A stretch of 25,135 bases of DNA from Catajapyx aquilonaris (taxonomy: Eukaryota). Positions within the stretch are counted from its first letter, which is position 1. Each line of letters begins with the position of its first letter. Made by a program: the position numbers and the translations under genes. The stretch spans positions 124,001 through 149,135 of the forward strand of contig KZ538082.1 of NCBI GenBank assembly GCA_000934665.2, in the 5' to 3' direction. Positions 1 through 10,653 of the stretch are shown here, piece after piece. A model generated the notes under the pieces. That model ran no database searches. It worked only from the letters and a program-made list of their open reading frames with translations, and was not told the origin of the DNA.

Positions 1-180
1 TGTCTTTGGGGGAAACGAGGCAACACTGCCAGGTTTGGGAGTGTATGTGGGGAGGTGAGGTGAATGAGAATGAGGCCCAGAGTGAAGAACAAAGAGGGGG
101 GAGAAAGAATAAACCTAGAGGACGCCGTTTTGCCAAGCATCGCCTTTTTTGGCTCCGGGGGTCATTGCTGTTATAGCGAT

Positions 181-247
181 TATTTGCAAGATTCCGACAT
201 TAGTATAGTGTCGGAATCTTGCAAATACCTATAGTATACTATAGGTA
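181..247. repeat. Two overlapping perfect inverted repeats
   Basis: TATTTGCAAGATTCCGACA (181-199) and its reverse complement (209-227) flank a 9-nt loop. They overlap a loopless 22-bp palindrome TACCTATAGTATACTATAGGTA (226-247). Confidence 0.9.
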
Positions 248-2873
248 TGTGGAAAGTGATTAGCAGCCAGCTTTTGTTTGTTTGAGTGGCTGGGAACGCA
301 AATGTGCAATGGTTTTTCAGAACTCGCCCCCATGATCTCTCTGGGGACATATACCCGCAATTTAATCAACATACCGGCGTGCCATAAACCCGGTTATTTA
401 CCTCCCCCTCTCCCTCTTGCACCCCACCCATCTCTCCCCCTATGCTCTAGTAGAGCAACTTTTTTCCCTCCGGTTCGAATATTTTTTTGCGCTCTTGCCC
501 TTGTCTTCCAGCCATTGATAATGGCAGGTTTCCGTCCTGAAGAAAATCGCGCAGCACACTTGCGTGGATCCCATGTCATTGGGAGCAAAGTTGATGATGA
601 GCACAAATGGAGGTAAAAATTGGGGCATTTGACTAGGGTGGGCTGGAAACGCCTGCTATTGGCCGCCATTTTGTCATCACTGGAGACAGAAGTGGAGTCC
701 ACAACGGCCCACAAGAATATGGGATACGCCCATGTTGTGCGCCCATTGTATCATAGTTGTAGTCATTTTCTGTTGCAAAACAAAAGCGAACGTATAGGCT
801 CGTAAATCATAAGGGTAGCCAAGCATGTAGTCCCATGGTAGAGAAATATATATATATTTTTTACTGTAACCAGCTCAATAAATCAAATTAATCACGATTC
901 TTCCCAGCAAAACATGAGCCACTCAGATGGTGATGGATGCGCACCCTTTTTCACTCCTTCCTGTAGCTGATATCTAACAATGATTTGGCGGTCGTTGGGA
1001 AGGTCGATGTGACTTCAACTAAATACCTGGTGCAGTATACACAAAGCAAAAGGGACTAGTTTTTTTTTTCTTCTTCTTCCTTTCCTTTGGTTCGAAGGAT
1101 AGGAGTGACCGGTGACCAGTTCAGCTACCAGGCTCCAAAGGAGATTAATCTCTCCTTGGTCAGTTGCCACCTTGCAAAATTACCCACCTGTTGGCGGATA
1201 CCTCCCACCATTCGCCAGCACCGCCGGCACATTTGTCTAGCCCAATCCCCCTGCCTTCGATTGTTGTGTTTGGCCACTTGGCCCAAAGTTTGAATTAATG
1301 GCGTGACTCTTGCTGTTCTTTTTTTTTTTTTGCGTAAACTCATTCCCATTAGTTAGCCTTCATCCGGGATCTTTGAAAACGAAGAACCGAACTAATGAGA
1401 TATATGAGTGTGTTGTGTTGCAGCTATTATTAGGGTAATGCCGTGAATAGAAAGGCAACTGGCGGAAACCAGGCGACCTTTTGCGGGGTCGGGGTAGTTC
1501 GCATGCTAAACCGACTTCCGACATTTCATATTCGAAAGAGGTGGGGTGGGTGTAACACCAATGTGGCAACACCTGCGTGCAGCCTGACACCTGACGAGCT
1601 CGAGGGGAACAACAAGGAAATTGGGGAGGTTAAACACCTCGGTTGGGCGCCGCCATTGGTGGGCAGGAAAGCGTGCAGGGTCAGCAGGGGCATGGATTGT
1701 AAATACCCCTGGATCTCATATCCGGCGCCAAAGGGACCCTAGTGCGCGACTTCCTCTGAACTTGCGCGACTTTTTCATATATGTAATGCTTCAAAAGGTG
1801 GCGGTAACAGCTGGCCAGTTCCAAAGTCCGAGAGCCACTGCCCTTGTTCTAATTTGCGTATTTATGAATGAAGTCACCGTGGGTCTGGAGGAGTATCGGA
1901 TTGCGGCGGTAGTGTGACCTGGAGATGTCAAGCCTCACTTTTTATTAGCCATTGGCGAGACGACAGGGGTTTATTATGTCATTGGGGACAATGGGCGCAG
2001 TTTGGCTGATTACGAAGATGGTTGTTGTTGTTTTTTTTGCGAAAGTTCTAGTGAAGGACAAGCTGGCATTTAATGAAGCGTTGTGAGATGGCGAAATGAG
2101 GAGACGGCGACAGGTGATAGCGCGAGTTATGGCCATCTTTATTAATGAGAGGCAGTGAAAAACCTTAATTAGCAGGAGATTGCAGGGCTTGGTGATATGC
2201 GCGATCCGTGTTTGGCAAGAGTTTTTTTGAAGTTCGTGATCAGCGGTTGACCCCGGGTACGCCATGACTCCTACATTTACGGGTCTCATAAATAGGCATT
2301 TTGTGCGGCTCGCTTTGGCTGGGTCTGACAAGGCCAGTGGTTTGAAGTGTATGGAAAGGACACGGGTCGTCTTTGCCCCGGGCCCTTACCTTGAATAATG
2401 GCAAGTGGAACGAATTATTCTACTCTCTGTATCGCCCTCGCTCTTTCTCTCGCCTTCACCTGTTGGGTGCCTAGGATTTTTATTTTATTTTATTTTTTTA
2501 AGGAGGGGGAAATAGGCAAGCGTTGCTAAAATGCGAAGTGTCTGGCGTGGGACGGCGTTATAGGTTCAAGTTATGTGTCCAAGTTTTCCCCGTCCACATA
2601 TGGTTGTGCATTGCCTTACGCAATTCTTTGCGAGGTGTGGTGTCGCAAAATCATAAATAAATCTGGCGTGCTGTGCAGTAGCGTGATAGTGCTTTGTCTG
2701 AAACTTTCTTACCCTTGGCATTTATGTCGTTGCGTTATGAATAATCGTGGTTAAATTTATGAAGTGGGATGCCAAATGTAGCGATATTTGATTGGAGTAG
2801 GACATAGGTGAAGGAAAACACCTTGGCCAAATGTGTTGATGTTTTAAAATGTTTTTTCCCCCTTCCTTTACAG

Positions 2874-2917
2874 GTTGTGGGCAGGCCAGTCTTGATCGCA
2901 ATCTCATCAACGTAAAG
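2874..2917 (+). other. Candidate 44-nt non-coding upstream exon, possibly Hr39 5'UTR
   Basis: A long polypyrimidine acceptor TTTTTTCCCCCTTCCTTTACAG| (AG 2872-2873) is followed by donor AAG|GTAATG at 2918. The only support is these splice signals. Confidence 0.3.
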
Positions 2918-3226
2918 GTAATGTACTCGTTTTTCTGTTTGTTTATGTCGCATTATACATTCTGCGGCACAGGTCATGAGAGACCTTTTCCTGGATATGC
3001 TATCAGGGATCGTGCAGGGAATTAGTTTCTGAGAAACGCAGTCGAGTGGTCCAATCACACCAGTGTGTAATTATTAGCTTGCGCAACCCCCGGGCCCACC
3101 CATCGAGAGTAAAAGTTCAGGGATAATTGTAGCTTTAGACTCTTCCAAGTGAGAGCGCGCATTGTGTCAGGGAAGAAGTACGGCACCGATAAAGAGGAAG
3201 GAACAAGACGGCATATGGTGTTGAGA

Positions 3227-3245
3227 GGGGGGGGGGGGGGGGGNG
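3227..3245. repeat. Poly-G tract containing an ambiguous base (N at 3244)
   Basis: G17-N-G. The true length is uncertain and the N is a likely assembly ambiguity. Confidence 0.85.
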
Positions 3246-4956
3246 AGTTACGATGGTTACAAGTTTGCATGCTCGGCTTTTCCCTCCCAATAAAAAAAAC
3301 GAGGGCCAAGAGACCGTTGGTACAAAAGCATGTAATTCCCAGAATTATCCGCAGCCATTCCTGAGTCATCGGCTAGGGGGGTATCGAATGTGTGAACGTG
3401 GTTGCCAAATTGGTCAACATCGTCACCCATGATGTGTGTCGGGGGTTTTTATTTTCCAGGAAGTTGGTTCTTCTCTAAGGGGGCCTTCCGGCTAGTATGT
3501 GTCTGTGGAAACATTTCGCGACGTGTGGTTTTTCAGTCGTTTTCGTGGAAGACCTAATGCAACCCCGGGAAAACTAGTTTTAACGCAGGGGTCAATAGTC
3601 AGAAGGAAGAACCGGAGTTGGGATGCAACAGGAGCAGACTCGCAGTGCTTTGTTGTGAGTGGGGACAATATCTTGACTTTCTGACATGGACATGCAACTA
3701 GTCACGCCCATCCTAATCACCCCTTTTTCTTCTCTTCCCATTTTCTTTATCACATATGCGTATCTCACGCACAGGGGGGGGACCAACCAACCAACCAGCA
3801 TTTTTTTGAGTCATCCTACTGTGTTATGTCGCCAGTCAGGAAACGACCTTTGAAGTGTTTGAACCTTAAAACTCCCTCCTCATTAATGTGCGTATGAAAG
3901 GCAATAAATCTTATGGCTCGGGCTTGAAAATGGCAGCCTCGCCTTTTACCAAGGGCCCCAAGGGCCTCTTTTGGATGACTATTCAACAGGTGAGCTGAGG
4001 CCAAACAGCGAGGATGGATGACGTTTTTCGTGCACCCCCAGGGCAGACCCAAGGGATTAATTTCACACGCCTAAAACCTTGCTACACTTTCCCCTCAACT
4101 CGCAAAAAATATATAGGTGGAGAACATTTAGATTGAGACGTCCATTGCATGTCTTTTTGCCTGGTGCAGCATCCATTTTCTGTTAGATGGACCAACACGT
4201 CTTATCTGACTCTGGCACCCTTTCAGCATTGTTTACCGGCTGATTGATGGTGATGGAGGATCGCTGTACTGGGACCCCCAATCACTAAATAAAGTCTCGC
4301 ACTATAGAAGCCTTCAAGGGTTGGTTAGAATTCCACAAGGAGCTAGTAGGTGACATTTAAATTTGTGGGCGAGCTGGTCGCCAAAAATTCCAGAGTTGAG
4401 GCCAAAATGGTGCCCCCGCTTTTTTTTATATATTGTTTTTTGACCCAGGGGGAATAATGGGAGAGTATCGAGCCTCTTGCACTATACCATCATCCACGTG
4501 ACGTGCTCGACCTTCACGGGGCCTTGGCCAGAGGGGTCATCCGAGGCTTTGATGATGATGGTCTTGGAGAGGGAGGGGGAGAGAATCGAGCAGCGGAACA
4601 TCCATTCTGGAGCTCCGGTTCCCGTTCCCACGAGCCAGTCGCCCCCGTATATTTTTTGAATATATTCGGCCACTTTTTTTTTTTTTTTTTGCATGGGCCA
4701 TGCACTTGGAACACTGCGGATGACCTTGCCCTCAGACAGGGGCTTCCGAACTGAACACCCCCATCCCCCCAAAAAATGCTATTTTGGATGGTCTCTATTT
4801 TGGCGGCCTCTACTCCCCCTTTTTCCTGTCGGGTCATCGCGCCCGGGAATCTGGGAGCAGGGAATGCTTCCCGAGGGATGCTGCGGGGGTGGCCCGGGAG
4901 ATATGCACCATGTGTTTGGCAGAGCATCGGCGTGGGCTGGTGTTCGGTGAGATGTG

Positions 4957-4987
4957 ACACACACACACATGCACACACACACACACA
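4957..4987. repeat. (CA)n microsatellite, interrupted
   Basis: ACACACACACACATGCACACACACACACACA. Confidence 0.9.
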
Positions 4988-7900
4988 ACAGCCTTGCCGC
5001 AACCTTCTCAAGGTGACGAGCGAAGGGGGAGGAGGGGGGAACGAGGGGGCGGAGGGAGTGGGGGAGAGGGGAGGTGTTGAGCTAGAGCAGCATGCAAAAT
5101 TGGCCTCCCCAAGAGAGGCCCTCTGGAGGTTGAGGGAAGAAGTCGTGTTTTAACCAGTGTCCAGTGTTGGGATTTGTACAGTGGATTTTAGGGGTGAGTT
5201 TTTAAAAATACAATTGGCGGATGCACGTTTTTTGGAGGTTTTTGTAGAAAAATGTGGTGTTTCGCAGTCGGCGGTCGTTTTTTTTTCTGTGATATCGATG
5301 CGGTTGGGGTGAAAGAACCTCCTTTGCGAAGGACGGGGGTTCGGCGGAATTTGCGTTGCGTAGCTATGTGGAGCCCGCGCTATCAAGATTGACCTTAGCC
5401 TGGATTCCGGATGGGGGGGGGGAAATGTGTTTTTGGCAAGAGTTACATCATTTTTTTGGCGCACCTGAATATTTGCATGTGCTATCCTGTATCGACCCTT
5501 CCGCATCAATCGTATGCGGCGCACATGTCATCGCACCGTGTGTTGCGCAGAACCTTGTTTTGGACAAGCGCAAAAATAATAATAATAACAATAGAGCAAT
5601 AGGCGTGATTTTTACGAGCAGCTGCCAACAGTGCAGGTCCAAAGTGCAATCGGTTTTTACCTGGCAAAAGAGTGTGTGGACTGGAGCAAAAAGGCAAGCA
5701 AGGACCGGCCTGCTGACGTCGGCCTTTTGGGCGAAGGTCAGCGTCCTGCATTCCACACTCCCTAGAGAGAGACCTGCAACTGTGTCGCTTGCTCAGGACC
5801 CCAAGACATATTCGCAGTTGCCACATCGGGGGGTCGTGGTTTTTGATGGCAAAACCGTGTTTCTGGCCGTCATCATCAAGGGGTTGGTTATTATGAGGAA
5901 TGGAGTCAAAGGAAGGGGAGAGAATGTGTAATAACGCACCGAGCCCGTTGCACCATTAAGTTTCCGTTTTACGACAGAAGATTTGTTCTCGGGGGCTCTC
6001 TGGAGATTCGGGACACACGTTGGTACTCTACGGCACTTTAGGAGTTCTCGGAAGATGAAAGGGGACCAAAAAAAAGGGGAAAAAAGGTGGGGCTCGTCAC
6101 TGTTATAGGGTCCCCGACACCGATCTCTAGAGGTGACGATCCGCTAGGCATGTGAGAGGCTTATCTGCCATTTCCACATAGTTCGTTTCTCCCACATGCT
6201 GACGCATCTTGTACAAGAGGGCAGGGGGATAAAATTGTCGGACGTGTTTTAAACGTTTCAAAAAAACTTCAGACCTACTGGGAAAATTGTATACGAAATG
6301 AGGCTCCAGGCATAGTAACTACGCGAAATGGTGCCTGTGGGCTGTTGCACAAAATGAGCAATTAGGCATAGAATTAATGTTGTGGATCAGAAAGTTTCTG
6401 CGGTAATTAGCACAACATGGTAAAGATTGACTGAGCATGGTTGCATATAATGACTGTCCAGATCAAAGGTTTCACATTAGGTCCCACCCATCATGGCGAC
6501 ATCAAATGTTTGCATATATTTTGTGCCAAGTGCTAGGAAGTGCGATGCTTTATGGCCCCCCAAATTGAAATACAAGTTTGTTCATTCATGACAAGTCCGT
6601 TTTGTCATGCTTCTCGTGCGGATTCTTGAGATGAGTCTGACTGCCGAGACCGGCGCAGAAGAGGGCAGTGACCACTAACCAGATTTTTTTTTCTTTTTTT
6701 TCTTACGCTGTAAACACCCATAGGGAGGGTCGATGCTTCTGTCGGATTGCAGCTCGAGAAATTATTTTGGGGGGGAGAATAACTAGGGTCTTTAACCCAG
6801 GCCTTATTGTAGCATAAATAGCGCGGGTCCCGCATGTGTATATATACAGTTGGAGAAATTTTGCGACATATGTCTCCCCATGTAATTCCTGACTAGCATA
6901 ATTGAAGCGGGTTAATCCTCTTTGCGAACCAACCCGATCTGGTTGGATAATGAGGATAATGACAGGTAGCGTCCAGGACGTCGCTCTCGGATTGTCGGCC
7001 AGGTACGCATAAGTATGGGTTCAGAGGCGGGATTCTGGGATTCTATATAGGATTGGCACTGAGCTGTCGACGGTTTAATTTGTGCGAGGGCATTGCGGGG
7101 TGTGCGGTTTAAGCAAAAACGCGGGCCTCGGAATGTGTCAAATCATTCGCAGGCTGATTTATACCGTTTGAAAACGGAATTGAAGGTCGTATATAATAAG
7201 TTGCCGTTTGTTATGTGGCTGCGAGACGAGATTCAATTACGGCCTGGGTACTCTGGATAAGGGAAGTACACGAGCTTCCGTTGGGCTGCAAAGGACGTGG
7301 GAAAAAAATAATATGAAGGGGGGTGGGTGGCGATAAGTGAAGCGAACCCCATTGACCCTCTCTGTTTCCATGCTGATCCCACGCTGGTCAGGGAAAGTCC
7401 TCGTGCAAGGTCACGGCAGCATATGTACTGACAGAGCCTGCTTGTGTAATTACCTTTGTTTACATTACACTGATTTACGTACGAGCTTCGAGGTGGTTTA
7501 TGCGCCGCAAATAGGTTGCCCCGTATGCATATCGACGTCCTTTTAAAAATTGCTGTGCTAACCGACAGTGGACAGCTGATGGTTCGTTGCGTTGTCCCGT
7601 AATATTTTATGCATGTGGCCAGCAGGCCAATTTGCAATGCGGTTACCAGTACGTACACGTATATAGTATTGTGCGCGAGCCCCAACCCGTGTAAGGTCCT
7701 CGAAATAGGTGTTGTAGAGCGTGACTTAGCTGCCACTTAGAGCGGATTATTTCTGAGGGCGGGGATTGGCAATTAATGGGTCCAATTGGGTCGTGTCTGC
7801 CCCGCTCACTTTCTCTACGTGTTGATATCTCAATTGCGAAGTCTAAGTACGGTACAAGGTAGTTTTTTTTTTTTTTTTTTTGCGTTGACCTCTAAGGTGT

Positions 7901-10633
7901 GGCCGCGTTTTTCTCGTAATCGTACGGAGCAAAACGTATCCTGGCCGAAATGAGGCCCCGGATTTCCTGCCCTGTGTCGATTCTTAGGAGCTGACCCACT
8001 TGCGACGGAGGAGAAGATGCCAACCACAGTCGAAGGTAGAAGGTTGTTTTTAGTATAGCGTATATCCCCCGCTGTGTTCTCTCTAACGCGGCCTACTTTG
8101 ATGGGGCGGAAAACCCCGAGTAATAATATTCGTCCTGGAAAAGGACTCTGAATCCGGCTTGTGCCAGCGGTCCGGACTAAAAATGGCGGCGCCCACGTCC
8201 GATAGGCCTACTTGGGAAACATCTGATGGAAATTGCCCTCCCTGGTTGATATTTGCATGTTACACTGGTAGGAACCGGTATACGCATGCATTATCGCCTT
8301 TATCGAGCGCGCGGGGAAGTTTTAATGCGGTAAAAGTGATGCTGCCTCTCGAATTAAATACCCCTCCGACTCCCGGATGTTGGTGGTGTATAGTTCAGCG
8401 AACCTTCATCGTGTCGTCTCCTCCTTTTCTTCTTCCTCTAGCGCCGCCTTGAGAATTAATTACCTGCCTCGACGCTTGCTTCCAGGTGGGAGGTCCAGCT
8501 TTGTGATACCTTGATAGATTAGGTGCTGGTCTAGTGCGCTTTTTGGAGAAGGTGGGGGGGAGTAGCGTCGCTAATTCCATGTTTTTTTTAAAGAGTGTTC
8601 CGGCGGTGCAAGTGAAAACTGTCCGTGGTTAGTGTGAACGATGCGAAGGTCGTCGGAGTGGAAATGTTTGGGAGAAAAACGATCGGAAACGTGTGAAGCA
8701 GGCCATCGTTGCGTTTAATGAACCAGGAATCAGTGATTTGGTTCGTTTTTATCCTTGCGGACTGGGGGAAAGTGAAATTGGCGGGTAATTAGATTCATTT
8801 GGTGTTTCGGTTGTAGTTAAAACAAATGTAATCAACACGTGTATATTCCAACGGCGTGAAGGGCACAGGCAGGCAGATAGCCCTCTGTATATAAAAGGTA
8901 CTGGCCCGGATCTCACTCCCCGTCTGCACTTATCTTATCTTATTTGCAGGCCGCATTTTCTGTTTACCTGGCGAACGTTATAGGAAGGGGGAAAACAATT
9001 TTTCTCGGTGAGGAACTGGAACTAGTTTCGACCTCGGATTGGTGATACCAAAAGTTCTCGTTGCGTCATGTGAACTGTATTTTTAGGGTTAGTCAATCGA
9101 AGGTTGATGAAGTGTATGAAGGTCTTTTGAAATGTGAGACGCGTGCGGAATGTTCGTGGGCGTCGACACCACTACGTCATTATACATTCGCTTCAATCAA
9201 AATTGGCACCTTGATTAATGCTGTTCATAACCGAGATGCGTTTTGGGCTTGCTGATAAATTTTTATTATCGGGACTAGAATGCAGTTGCATACGTTTTAA
9301 TCGCTTTTCGGATCATGCACATGATGATCCTGCCGGGTGTTTATTTTGAAAAAATCTAGACGATTAAAAATTGGCCTTTGCCACAAATTGATAAAAGATG
9401 AAACTATGTGTCACACTGTAGCACTAATGACGCAACGATTTTTGATCTGTAACAATAATGTTGTGACGACTCGTTACGTGTGAATGTCTAGGTTTAGACG
9501 AATTGCGTCACGGGCCGCTGGGAGTTGCCAACATTCGGGGCAATATGCAATTTGCAAAATCCGTACAGCCGGGGCTCCCCACCAATTACGTGGGCTGGAA
9601 TTCGTTGGGCGATGCCCAGGTCGTCTCATTCGTCACGGCGACCTCGGCGACCCCTGCCGGACGGTCCGGTCAACTGTATATTCTTACGTAACCTTCAATT
9701 CCACCCCCAAAGTGAGATCGTGAAGAAAAAGGCGATTCCTGGTTGCGTTCCCTTTCGCAAATCCTGTGCAGGCAAGTAGAGAAAATCAAAAGAGCTCCCC
9801 TTTCACATGGCAGAGCTGGAGTGACCTTCAGATGTCGTTGCTCCCGAGCCTTCTAGTCACCTTTACCTGGGCCCGGGAGTCTACCTGTAGTCACCTGTGC
9901 TGAGGAAAAGAAAGCCGGATTTGCAATGCGAGACATTGCGGTTCGCAGTGCACGATTGCGCTGGCATTTCCTTCGACCTTGGCGTTAAGTTAGGTCAAAC
10001 CCTTTTACCCCCGTACATTCCAGGTAGTTGTGTTTATTTCACGGGGTCTGCGTGGCTGGCGGGAAAGGAGGGGGGGAGGAAAAGCCAACCTGAGCAATGG
10101 CCGACGGTCCCAATGAACCTGCTGCCAGAGACCTTGGCCGGATGACGTCACAATGTGGTTCTGGTAGCGCCAACATTTCGGGGCGTGGGCTCACCTTTTT
10201 GCCTTCTCCATATCCCCCAACCCTGCTGGTTGTCGTCGAAAATCATACACCTGTGCCGTGTGTCGATCGGTGGGGGAAATCTTTGGGAGACTAGACGGCG
10301 ACCCATCTGTGAGTCATGGGGTTAGCCAAAATAAAGCGCGGCCAATTTCTGGTCCGGTCGTGTATACCTGGAGGGCGAATAATTTATGTTCTCAAGGTGG
10401 GCTGTTGTTGAAGGCAGGCTGGCTGGGTAGGCAGGGGAGGCAGCCGGCGTCATGGTCAACGGCGGCGGCCATCTTGGGGTATGTTGAGGACCTGGTTGGC
10501 TGGCCGCCTGCTTGTTGGTTGGCTGCAGAGAGGGTCGGGACAACAGGGCCGCCGAACCGAGGATGATGCTGGAGGGGCAAGGACGTTTGGAGGGACACCT
10601 GCCTGATGTGCGGTTGTGCGTACGGTGTGTGCT

Positions 10634-10653
10634 GAAGAAGAAGAAGAAGAAGA
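10634..10653. repeat. (GAA)6 microsatellite
   Basis: GAAGAAGAAGAAGAAGAAGA. Confidence 0.85.

Noticed and set aside
5025..5071. G-rich G-quadruplex-like tract next to the CA repeat
   Set aside because: G and C runs are frequent throughout this region, and nothing ties this one to a function.
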